From Blasia pusilla (taxonomy: Eukaryota), in assembly GCA_050084515.1 (NCBI GenBank), contig CM114271.1, positions 15,190,001 to 15,254,000 of the forward strand: 64,000 nucleotides of DNA, in the 5' to 3' direction. Of this stretch, positions 38,936-50,346 are shown piece after piece (position 1 is the first letter of the stretch; each line of letters opens with the position of its first letter). The translations under genes were made by a program, and so were the position numbers. Below the pieces are notes generated by a model, which saw nothing but the letters and a program-made list of their open reading frames with translations, made no database searches and was not told where the DNA came from.

Positions 38936-40100
38936 ACGCAAGCTTGCAAGACCTACTCCTAAGCTCGGATCTACTGTACCATCAATGTTAGGAAGGTGAC
39001 ATGGCGCACAATTACGCACATGGTCCTTCCATACCATACCATCGCGTCCCTCGAGCAAGAGAACACTGGATGGCAAAACGTCATGCACTCTCAGGATAGT
39101 GCACCCTGCAGTCACATCCAACGTCGTCGGTGCCGTCTGCTGCAAGTAGACATAATCTCCCTTATGAAACCTCCGGATAGTTGGTTGATAACCACCACCC
39201 TGAATAGTTGCAAACCTCAACATATCCCTATGCTGCGCAATCACAAAGTTCTTGAACGCCATGGGCATCACTCTCCGAAATAACTGTGCCCTCTGAGAAC
39301 ATGCTTGCATCCATACATCTAGGTCATCAAGGTCCAGCACCTCACCAACATCTCGACGAATGGCCGCAGGTAAATCTGGCTCTTGACCATAAAGTAGCAA
39401 GTACGGTGAAAAAGATGCTAAGGATGCCTGTCTGCTGAATCTGTGTCCCATCGCCAACCAGGGAAACTGGAGGTCCCAATCTCCTAGGTGACCTCTCTAC
39501 AAGCCATACTTGCGTAAAACCCTCTTCACCGTCTGCACAACTCTCTCCGCTAATCCATCCGCCTCGGGATGATCTTGCGAAGTCGTGCGGTGGTCGATCA
39601 GCGCCTGATCACACAAGGCCTGGAACTTACCACGAAAATTGGTAATGTGGTCTGTCAACACCTCAGCCGGTGCGCCATAATGACTCAACACTCTGTCAAG
39701 GAAGGCATAAGCTACTCCCTCACTCGCTTTGTCAGGCAATGCAACCAACTCGATCCACTTCGAGAAGTGCTCGACCATCACCAACACATAACGACTGTGA
39801 CGCTCCGTCAAAGGCAAAGGTCCTGCAAAATCCAAAATCCATATATACCCTAAGCCCATGATCAGTAATGGATGCAATTGTGGAGTCGGAGCATTGAACG
39901 ATGCTCAAACCCGATCACACACCACGAACCTGGCAATAAAGTGCTGAGCGTCAGTCTACATGCCTCGCCACCAATACTGGAGCAAGATATACATCCGCTT
40001 CACCCCAAAGTGACCCAACTCCTCGTGGGCATGCTGCACTAGTCGTGCTCTCTACAAAGGATGAGGCACTACGCATACTCTACCATCCTCCCAAACCCTC
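38936..40100 (-). pseudogene. Retroviral-type DDE integrase
   Basis: HEELGH zinc-binding region, LDFAGPLP, VLTD...FRGKF, HPEADGLAERVVQTVKR, SPYLLLYG. Confidence 0.93.
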
Positions 40101-40390
40101 AAAACATGTGTCCCCTCCCAACGGAACCGTCTGGCCCAGTGTAGGATCCGATCCCGCTCTCTAGCACCCACGGTGCTCGCAACGCTGCCAGTACAAAGGT
40201 ACTACAAGACTACTCCATCATCATGAATATCTCGGCTACATATTGTCTCCTCACTGGCCTCGAGATCCAAGGACTCTCCACTAGACCTCGCCATCGAAGT
40301 CTCCACACTGTGGCTCTCCATAGAGCCTAAATAGGCTGACACGTGCCATCCTGGCACTGACTCCTTATCACTCTCTCCATGCCTTCGAGC

Positions 40391-41841
40391 TCAAGTCGCA
40401 TCTCGCTGACTCGGGCATGGGTTACAACTCAACCCATCTGCATCGTGGTTGAGCATCCCAAGTCTATGTACCATCTGAAAATCATACTCTTGCAACAACA
40501 GAGCCCATCTTGCAAGCTTCCGTGTAAGCTTGTTGGACTTCACCAACCACTTTAGTGGTTGATGATCATTGATGATGGTAAAGGGGCTGCCGAATAAGTA
40601 ACACCTGAAATGCGCGAGAGCCCACACTGCAACCAAGCACTCAACCTCATACGAGATGTACTTTGCCTCTGCAGCGTTGTTCGAGCGGCTAGCATAAGCC
40701 ACCACGAACTCTCTACCCTCATCATCATGTTGGGTGAGTACCGCTCCAAGCCCCAAAACGCAACAATCTGTGTGCAACTGGAAAGGACGCCCCTTGATTG
40801 GTCTCCTCAAGATAGGTGCGGACGTCTCTCTATCCTTGAGCAACAGAAATGCTCGCTCCTACTCACCCCCTAGTGCCACTCGTGATCCACCTTGGTCAGC
40901 AAGGTTAGTGGCAATTGAACTAAATCCCTTGACGTACCCCCGATAGAAGTTCGCCAATCTCATGAATGCGCGAACACGGCTCACATGTGTAGGACGTGGA
41001 ATGCGTGAGACAGCCTCTACCTTCGTCTGCTGAATACCAAGGACCCCTAGGTATATTGTATGACCCAAGTACTCAATCTGGTCGTACAAGAACTTGCACT
41101 TGCCTGGATGTAGCTTCAGCCCATATAATTGCAATCGTCGAAACACCTCCTCGAGATGTCACTCATGCTCCTCATCTGTGACGCTAAAGACTACGATGTC
41201 ATAAATATAACACCTAGACCGGCCAAGATCCTATCCATGACCCTCTGAAACTCAGCCGGGGTGTTCTTTAACCCAAATGGTAAGAACCGCCACAGGTACA
41301 AACAATCCTTCTCATGAGGATCGATGCCCCAAAATTGTGTCTTCTGCCTATCCTCCAATCAGATAGGCAGCTGATGGTATCCGGCTCGCAAATCCAATGA
41401 ACACAAGACGTTTGGATGACCAATCACATCCAAGATCTCCTGAGGGGTGGGCATGGCATACTTATTGGACTTTGTCTGCCAATTGATAGGTCGGTAATCC
41501 CCACACATCCGCCAATCCGTCCAGTTGCCATGCACATCCTTCTTGGAAGACATGACAGTGGCAGAAGCATACTCCCCATGCAACATCTCCACTAGTCCTG
41601 CTCCGACCAAGTCCTGGCTCCTACTCTGAATTAGAGCCCTCTCCATATCATTGTACCTGTAGGGTCGTCGGAAGATCGACGTATCATTCGACAACTCAAT
41701 GCGAATCCCCGGTCCCTTTTGCATACCAAAATCCTCCATGCTAAATGCAAAGCAGCTCCTATAACTCCTGAGGAATTGATGTATCCGGCGCCGCTCTCCT
41801 CTTGTCAACTTAGGACCCATATTTGGCTCCCAAGTCTCCAT
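40391..41841 (-). pseudogene. Reverse transcriptase and RNase H
   Basis: WRMCGDYR, LDLRAGYHQ, PFGLKN, degenerate YIYD, KCKF...EYLGH, LHTD, AYASRSNN, DHQPL, HDADGLS. Confidence 0.93.
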
Positions 41842-42169
41842 CGTGATTACGGTAGGACTCTCCGGTGCGGGTATCAGTGGTTGCTATGGTTCAACCCCGT
41901 CTCGAACAACAACACTCAACCGCTCTCTTGCAACCAACTGCAAACTCTGATCTCCTCCACGTGCAGTGCCCAGAACCACACTCGATGCTGTGGCTATCAT
42001 CTCTTGGCGTACCTGCAAAACATCCCAAGAAGTCCAAGGGTGTCTCTCCCAATCTCCCCTGGTGTGTAGATCTCCTCGGGTCTCGCCCCCAGCCATTGCC
42101 TCCACCGTCTCGGTAGGCATAGGGCTCACCAACGCGATGGTTGTGATCTGTCACAATCTCATACAGCGT

Positions 42170-43140
42170 TGCTCAGCCACTCCCAAGCTAAGGATCCATG
42201 TCAAGCAGTTCAGGTCCATCGCCTGACCCAAGACATGGCATCGTGATGCCTCTAACACTGACGATACTGCTGTCACTCATGTGGGAAATCCCATCGCTCG
42301 CTCGCTCTCTCTTGTCGGCGTTGGGCTCCACCAACCGCTGAACCTGGTCATCCAAACCAAGCCAGGACCGGCCTCCTTGTATGCATAGGAAGCGGAAAAA
42401 CTCACAAACGTGGGCAAGGCAGCCCGCGGCCTGCCTACCCTGTTGACCATAGTCAACGGTGGTCAATCATCGTGCCTCACTGCTTGTGATCGACGATGTG
42501 GATCCATAATGGAATCAACTAACAAATGGGAGGGGCGCTCCACTCTCGCATACGCCCTCCGTAACACCGCTTGGGGCACCAAGTTGGTCCATCATAGACG
42601 CGGGCGATGGGCTCTAGAACCTACACTCGCCGCATCCAAGAACACTGCTGGGCCAATCTAGGCACGCACTTGATGAGCACTTGTGACCACCCGTTACCTG
42701 GAGTCTCCTAAGATCGGCACATTCTCCAGAATGTAGGCTGGAGAACGAGACTGGTGCTCATGAAATTGCCGTAAGACCCTCAACATCTCCCAAAAAAACC
42801 TAGACCGAGTGTCAGCCAACCCACAGCCTCGTCCAACACTTGATTGGCCCTGACATGGCCAACCGGAAATGACCAAATCAATGGTCCCTACTTGCTCTAA
42901 GTCCTGCGCCCCCAACAACAAAATATCCCTCAGTAGGGAACTCTGGTGTCCCTATACCGCGGACGCAGAAAATAAGTCGGGAAATCGTAAGCGTAACTGC
43001 GCTACATGTCCTAGTGAGACGCGCCTCACAACATCATCACTCTCCACATACAGGTACTGCTGCACTCGCACTCCTGCATGCAAAACAATAGCTAACCCGG
43101 TGCTAATCCCTCCAAAGAGATCTAACACTCGAATATCCTC
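42170..43140 (-). pseudogene. DNMT3-like DNA (cytosine-5) methyltransferase domain within the polyprotein
   Basis: Motif I VLDLFGGISTG; II YVE; IV DLVISGWPCQ; VI ILENV; VIII LDAASVGSRAHRPRL*WTNL; IX RERA.MGFP; X VLGQAMDLNCLTWIL; all in canonical order. Confidence 0.92.
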
Positions 43141-43181
43141 CTCCGGGATATACCACACAATGGGTGTGGTATCCAAGGGTG

Positions 43182-44231
43182 TCATGTAGCACTCCTTGCT
43201 ACCTCGGGTTCCTCAGACCTGTCACCCTCCGATGCAAACGCGTCGCTCCACGCGGTCTTCACATGCTGATCTGCCAATCGTCGAAGCTCCTCAGTCGAGC
43301 CCCACAATGGCACCTCTCCTCCACGGAATGATGCGGCTACCATAACACTCCTCTTCATAGAAATTTCAGGTATGGGAGTATCCTCTGCATGGACATGTCC
43401 CTCAATCAAATCACTAGGCCAAGTGATGGCAATGCTAAATGCTGCTAAGGTCGCCATCTCTCTTGGCCGTCGCTTGATCACTGCACCTGTGAATCGAACG
43501 GGTAATGAGTTAAGGCGCCCATCACCTGACTGCCATTCTGGTTTGTAGGACACTGACTCCTCCCAATAATCCAGGGAAAATCCCATCGGGTATAATACTG
43601 CTCCACCAACCAAGACGTCGTAAGACTCTGCATCAGTCACTATCGCCTTGGCTCGCACCACGGACTCATCTGTAGGATGTCTCGAGCGAATCCTCACCAC
43701 GACCTCTTGTCGGGTGATATACTGTGTGGTACTCGCTCCACCCAAGGATGTATGTATCCGGAATGGACAACGATCCACATTAGCTCTCGTCAAGCCCAAT
43801 CCTCTGAATGAAATTTTCTCCAACATCAGGGGTTGCGCTCCTGAATCCAACAAGACACGATGCGGACTAAAAGCTCTACCTCCGGGACTCACAAATTGGA
43901 AGATCTCTCCTCGGTTATCCAACAACACAACACCAAGAGAAGCCATGGCACGCTCTATCGTGGGTCTAGCGGGCAACTCCGCCATCCTAGGAGCCGCAAC
44001 CTGCCATGAATCTGACGTGGATGGCCCGAGCATCCACTCCAAGGGCAGGTCCATCACCTCCTTTGCCATCACCTCTGAACGTGATGTAAGAACTCCAACT
44101 CCGCGCTCACATAGTGAAGGGGCGAGCCGAAAAGCCTCGGCGGGCGTACCCTCCCACGTCATAACATCGAAAGCAGAAAATAAAGGAGTGCGATACACAA
44201 CGGTGGGCACCCCCAACAACGTGTTCAACAC
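43182..44231 (-). CDS. Retrotransposon aspartic protease region plus linker (349-aa open stretch of a decayed polyprotein)
   Basis: VLLDSGAQPLML catalytic motif and YDVLVG second motif. Confidence 0.85.
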   Translation of the reverse strand: MLNTLLGVPTVVYRTPLFSAFDVMTWEGTPAEAFRLAPSLCERGVGVLTSRSEVMAKEVMDLPLEWMLGPSTSDSWQVAAPRMAELPARPTIERAMASLGVVLLDNRGEIFQFVSPGGRAFSPHRVLLDSGAQPLMLEKISFRGLGLTRANVDRCPFRIHTSLGGASTTQYITRQEVVVRIRSRHPTDESVVRAKAIVTDAESYDVLVGGAVLYPMGFSLDYWEESVSYKPEWQSGDGRLNSLPVRFTGAVIKRRPREMATLAAFSIAITWPSDLIEGHVHAEDTPIPEISMKRSVMVAASFRGGEVPLWGSTEELRRLADQHVKTAWSDAFASEGDRSEEPEVARSAT

Positions 44232-44239
44232 ATGCCCCT

Positions 44240-44825
44240 CCTAAGCATCAACAATAAGAGTCATCGCACTCGCTTCTCCCATCGCCCTCCGTGCCTGCAC
44301 ACCAACAGCATCACCAACTCTCAAGGAACTTTGATGAGGACCCATCGATTGGGTCCTCATCGCTTCAGACAACGTGAAAGACTGAGGAAGCCTAGTATGT
44401 TTTCTGGCTTCCCCTCGCTGTGGATCCAACTTTGCGGCTACTCCACGCGTCACAACTACGGTGGCCTCCATCTAGGCAACCCCGCACATCCAACCAGGAT
44501 CCTCCATATCTTTGGCTGCTCCATATGATGTCGATGCCACAACGGAAATTTGCTCATGTAGATACTGTAACTGAGCAGCCATCCTAGCCTCACGTCCGAC
44601 GTCTCCCTCGGCGCGTCTAGGTGGTGGTACTCTACCTCCTCCACGGGCAGCTCCACCACCCTGTCCGGGCAACTCCAACTTCTCGTCCCCCAACGGGACC
44701 ACATGATGCATGATCCCTAGGCCCACCCGGACCGGCTACTCGCTTTGGTGCCCTCTCTAGCCCTCGGTCCGGATGTAACTCAAGATGTTAACTAAAACAC
44801 CTCGCGCGTGTATGACCATACCTCC
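44240..44825 (-). pseudogene. gag: gag C-terminal remnant
   Basis: YGHTRARCFS knuckle end and G/R-rich tract, colinear with 10089-10560. Confidence 0.8.
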
Positions 44826-45177
44826 CACCGATCCCACCGATCTATCCTAATAGTCGTGACAATGGTGTTGGAGATGGAGCAACAACACGCTCAAGTAGAA
44901 GCCACACAGTTGGTGTTGGAGGTGAAATTTTGGAAACAAGTGGAGGAGCTTGCTAAGTTGTGACGCACCTTTGGAGTTGATAATGATCATCTACCTTCAA
45001 TATTATGTAGAGGAACAATGGTTCACCAATATGTATGTTTGCTATCACTTAGGAGAGGTTGTGCGTCATTTTGTGATGTCTACATAGAAAGAAGGAGATT
45101 TTTTTTAGGATTCAATTAATACCTAGAAGGAGTTGAGGTTAATGATTAGGGCCAAACTTGTGCCTAATAAGTAGGAA

Positions 45178-46580
45178 ATATGCATTGGGAAAAATCATCT
45201 TTCTTAAATTAGAATCAATGAATCTTGTAGATGCTTCAAGAAGTTAGTTTTGTTTGTAATTATTTTGTATACATTAGCTTGGGTCTAGTTGTAATGTTGG
45301 GAATGCATGCATAGTTAATTTTTTTGGTCTGCTTTTTAAAAAAAAACCATATATTTCTATCATGATTCTGACCCCAACCATGTTGAGTTTTGAAGCATTT
45401 CATCCTCAATTAAAATTTTCCATGTTTTATTTTAAATAAAATGAATTCCCTTGTGAGAAACCATCTTTCACTATTATAGCCATGTAAGGATGCATGTATA
45501 ATGCACTAGCATCTCATTGATAATTTGATACATGGTGAATTTTTTAATTTGATCTTTCTCCAAATTAAAAAAACTTTGCATTTAAAAAAAAGAAATCAAT
45601 GAGGATTATATCTAAAAGTTATTCAAACTTTAGAAAAGACAAGAGGCATCTTATCATTTTATTATGAATTTCATTTTTTGATAATAGTATTTATGCCTTA
45701 ATTAAGTAATATTTCTTCTTTCAATTTAATTTGCGCATGAACATGTACATTTAATATAATGACTCATGTTATTCCTTTCCATAAGAGGTACTGTGACAAC
45801 TCATATTTCCTCCTTGAAAAAATACTCTTTTTTCTTAGAAGAGACTTTCCTCATATACTGATCCCCGTTCCTCAAATTTATAATTTAAAATTACTTCCAT
45901 TTTCTCATGCCCTTTTGTTGGATCTCTTTGAATTTCTTTGAAAAAGAGGAGTAATTTGTTTTTACGTATGAAATGCAGGTGTACGTGGAGATTGTGTTTA
46001 TTACATTCAATCTTGTAAAAATCAACTACAAGCATAAAGGAGTTAATAGATGTGCATGTAAAAGTTATTTCCTTGCTTTTTACGTAGCTACTCATGATTT
46101 TGTTATCTATTTAGAAAGATAATGTCAATCATGGATTGTCTTAAAAATGAATAAGGTTTCCTCCCTTAATTTTATATACACATGTTTATGCATGTTCAAG
46201 CTGAGTCTCTATTAGTTTTGTGGAAATTTCTTATCAGATCCCTTCGGCAATTTTTGTTGTTGTTGAAAAATGGTTTGGTATTAAAATGAGTCAACGTTGT
46301 TTCCTTTCTTGATAATTTTCTATGAAAATTACCATCTAACCAATCCAAATCTCATTTATTATTACCTACTTCAATTGTAGGAGATTACATAGGGTAAGAA
46401 TTAATGTATACTTCAATGATTCATGCATGTCGACTCAATTCTTCAAGATGATTCAAGACGAGCAAGAATCTTGCATGCTCAATGATTCCTCATGGTTTGG
46501 ATTATGGCGTAAGGGGTCATGTAGAGTAACTTTAGCTCCAAACATCCCTTTCGGGATTACTAATGTTTTCGATCATGCCC
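45178..46580 (-). repeat. AT-rich dispersed repeat, copy 2 (inverted copy of 16770-18255)
   Basis: Reverse-complement colinearity with copy 1. Confidence 0.88.
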
Positions 46581-48619
46581 ATTGAAACTAGAAAAAATAG
46601 ATAAGATGAGTTGAGTGTGGTACCTAAACCCTCCAACTTGTTCTTGTCTATGTAGAATCTCAAGGCGAATAGCTCAAAAAATTAACTTAAGTGGAAGCCC
46701 GAGGAATCCATGAGGTGAGGCAAGTTAGCCTTAGTTCACCATGGAGGTGAACTAAGGGTACGAGATGGATTGAGAGGTTGGGATTGGGGTTTTGACACCA
46801 AGCCAAGTTCTTGACATCTAATTTTGGAATTGGACCTTGAATTGAGGTTTAGATATTGAGTTATGGTTTGAGACTTGTTTGAGGTCCATTAGGCACTTGA
46901 GCACCATTTCAAGTCCTTAGACTATTAATGAAGTTTATTGCAAGTCATGAATGACTTGCGTGTGTTGGGGAGTGAGGGGTTAGGTCGATATTTGATATTT
47001 TCTAGATCTGTTGAACTTGAGGGGTGACTTGAGACCAAGTCTCGCAAGGCGCAAAGTTCGTTCATCCAAACGGTGGCTAATGAGAGTGTGTTTGGGTGCA
47101 AATCAACAAGGAGAGTGTAACTTGTTGGACCCATAAGCTTATGTGACACACAAGACCTATGTTCAAGGGAGTAGGTGGATGATACTACCACTAGATAATC
47201 TAGATTTGGTGTAGTTTGTTAAGTTCATGCCCTTTCCATTGTATCTTATGCATTTTTATTTATGTCTATTTGTTTCCTACCTTTATTGTCTTTCATCCAA
47301 GTCATTATGATGTCAAATGTTTTTGTAAGTAACTCTCATATCAAAGGTCCATATTGATCTATTTCCATCAGATTCGATGCTTCCACTTGAGGTCTCCATT
47401 AACTCACTTGTTTCTTTCTTGACATTTGTTGAAGCTTGGTCTATTATTTTATTCTAAATTTCAACTTTACTTTCTAAAATACAATGCCTTCTTCACTTTG
47501 AGTTTGGGTGCCTTCACTTCTTGAAAATACTACTCTCTTATCGACGAAAGAATCCGGTAGACTCAAAAAACCTTAATTTCCTTACTCTTTTGTGGCTTGA
47601 TCCCATCCACTTGTCATTGATAAAATTATCTTTCCTTACTCCTAAGTCTTCTAAGTCCTTCAATTCTTAGTACTCAAAGACTTTGAGCTAAGTTACTTGA
47701 CATTACCTTCCTTCCAACTTTCTCAATTCTTTTCATGCCTCAAAATTAGCTTTGACTCAAGCTACCTACAATATACCTTACACTTGGGTTGCCAGCAACA
47801 TGCATGTGACCTAAACTGGGAGTTTATTTTTGTGCATGAAACTCCACTATGAGTTCAAGTATGCTCACATGATGGACTATCTTGAGTTTTCCAACACATC
47901 TAATACTTGAATGTGATTTCATTTGGACAAAAGAGTTATACTTAATCTAACTTATTACTTCTTATCACTATCTGCAAGCTTGAATGCAAAATTTTACCTT
48001 CTTTGATAACACAAATCAAGATCATGTACTCCTACAATATTGAACATGTTAGGTGTTTGTCTCGTGCAAGGAAAAATTCAAATCCATACCCCTACTTTTT
48101 AAACACTACAATAAACTTAAAGTGACATGCATTAGACTATGAAAGTTTTGTAAAGTATGAATACAATCTCATGTTAATATTATAAATAAATAATACTTCA
48201 AAAAAATTTGATGTGAAGAAAAATGAATTTACTCCTTGCACCAATCTTTGAAAATTTTGCACAAAATCAAGACAAGAGGGCAACTTAAGGGAAGGGTAGT
48301 GTTACAAGTGTATGAGTAGATAACTTAGGATAATCATTGCAAGCATACTCTCAATATCCTATGACGGTTGAGGAGAGGCCTCACATGTAAGAAAACATTC
48401 AAAATCGTATCTGGGAGTGCCCATGATGGGGGCGAGTGAGTTGTGCAAGCGCCCATTTGAGTGACAATGATATCCTCTCATAACAATCTAGTGTACGTTT
48501 CAAAAATTTGACACAAATAGAAGCAAGATTTGAATAAAAAGAGGTAATCTATCAAAATTAAAAAGAGGGGGGACTCAAAGAGTTATGAACACCAAGGCCA
48601 TACTTGACAGGGGAAAACA

Positions 48620-49420
48620 AAGAGGAGAAATCTTGTACAAGCTAAACTCATTGATAGTAGAAACAATATGGGCAACACCTAAAGGAACATGATTATCAAT
48701 AAAAGCTCTGGTAGTGGCGTGTCCCATAACTAGAGCCCTCCTTAGAATCCCCTTAGGTTGGGCATGTTGTAAAATGATAGAAATCCATTGTCTACAATGT
48801 AAGAGCACAATAGCTAAAGACAACCCATATCTTAAATGGAAAGAATGTGCTCAACCGATCTGCAGCCCTTTCCTTTGAGACGGGGGGAGAAGAAAGTAAT
48901 TAATACATACATACGTACGTGTAGAGGACAAGTGGATACTCTAGACGGCAAGGAAAAAAAACAATTAGAACATGTAGGGGCCGTAACTAGTGATGAAAAT
49001 GTTCAATTTCTCCTCTATAATCCCACAGGTCTCTATGGCTAGCTAGTGTGACAAATTGATGTCCTTCGTGAAGACAATTATGAAGTAGAGTCTTCTTGAG
49101 CGTCGCTATTGCAATCGCTCTTTGTAGCAATCTCCTTGGTGCACCACGTGTGCTAGAACAGAATCTCGCACACGATTTGTAATTACGAGTTCCGCCATCA
49201 CCTTCATCCCCCGGTCATATAAAGATAAACACAAATGAAGGAATCCTACGCAGAGTAGTGCTGCAATATGCACAAAATAATCACTTTCAAGAGCAACATA
49301 GAATATGATATCCCACATAACATCGTGAGTGGCAACCCTCCCACCTCCAACCGACCATGTGCCAAATACAAACCAAGGGAATGTAACCCTAAACCCACTC
49401 ACAATGTATCAAACCAACCA
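48620..49420 (-). mobile_element. 3' remnant of a restriction-like-endonuclease (CRE-type) non-LTR retrotransposon
   Basis: GGGRVATHDVMWDII...ALES...AELVITN and RQWISIILQHAQ..ILRRA resemble the RHD / D / QR-S---Q motifs of REL-type elements. Confidence 0.55.
48830..49046 (+). mobile_element. Possible small Helitron interrupting the CRE-like remnant
   Basis: A|TCTTAAATGG start, imperfect ccacag/ctatgg stem, CTAG|T end. Confidence 0.4.
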
Positions 49421-50346
49421 CATAACCATAACCACATCTTTTCCATGAAAATATTAAATGGAGCCAAAAAGAATAGAAGGGGGAAATTAAACAAAATAAT
49501 TTATTCCATCCATCCCTTTTTGGACGGAGCCCATCGTAATCCTTCCATGGTTTGTCTTACGGAACTAGAGTAGTCAAGTGGAGTAGTTAAGTTAACTGGG
49601 AGGGGAGAGGATAACAACATGAACCTGAGAAGAAGAACACACAGAGAGACAGACAGAGACAGAGATTCACGACAGTGTACTGTAGTAGCCAGCTATGGCG
49701 ACGCTCACATGCTTCCGGGGATCAGCTCAGCTCTCTTGGGCAGCGACGCTTGTTCAGGTTCGCTCTGTTGCAGAAAGCAGCAGCTGGATGGGTCTGTCCG
49801 GCGAGTGGCGTCTGCTGACCAGAACGCCTCTCGTGGGAGTCCTATGCGGTTCTGTTACTTGAGATCTTTATGCATGTGAATTGCTGCTGCCCACGAACGA
49901 AAGAATTGTGCCTGGCAGTGATCCAATTCGTCCCTACCTCACTCTGTCGATGTTGGGGGCTGCTGTTTCTAGAATTTCTCGTGGTGTTTATCTTCTTTCT
50001 GTGAAATTCTTCTCTGCTGTGTTCGGCAATGCGTTCTTCGGAAATGAGACGGGTCTCTTTGGTGTAGGATTGATCGGGTGGGTAAGATTTCTGTGATTCT
50101 GGAAGCTGTGGGGCTTGTACACAAATTCTTAGGGATCCAGTCAGGAATAGTGCAGACGTAATTCATATTCTCCTTGGGGCAAGATCTCTCTGGACCCTGC
50201 TCCTGAGGAATTTTGAAGTTACGATGCGATAGAAATGTGGGGTGGTGCAGTCGCAAAATACTACAGGTTTGGAGGAGTTCATGCTTTCCTGAGTTCCTTA
50301 GAAATAGGGGTCTGTTTTTTTAGATTCTGCATTTTTGATTGAATAA

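Larger units (their letters stand above)
37854..44861 (-). mobile_element. Ty3/gypsy retrotransposon encoding a DNMT3-like methyltransferase (gag-PR-DNMT-RT-RH-INT-PHD); near full length, decayed, 5' region deleted
   Basis: Minus-strand termini TGTCACG (44861) and CACGACA (37854); all domains are readable in order through stops and frameshifts. Confidence 0.93.

Noticed and set aside
42170-43140. Bacterial restriction-modification methylase or host DRM/DNMT3 gene
   Set aside because: Embedded between retroviral protease and RT in two copies, intronless, with no restriction partner; motif order is not permuted as in DRM.
37854-44861. DIRS/PAT/Ngaro tyrosine-recombinase element, suggested by the split repeats and methyltransferase
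   Set aside because: It encodes an aspartic protease and DDE integrase with TG...CA ends; the MTase has C5 PC/ENV motifs, not adenine-MTase motifs; no YR motif seen.
46729-46757. 12-bp inverted repeat ccttagttcacc/ggtgaactaagg
   Set aside because: Short and isolated, with no supporting context.
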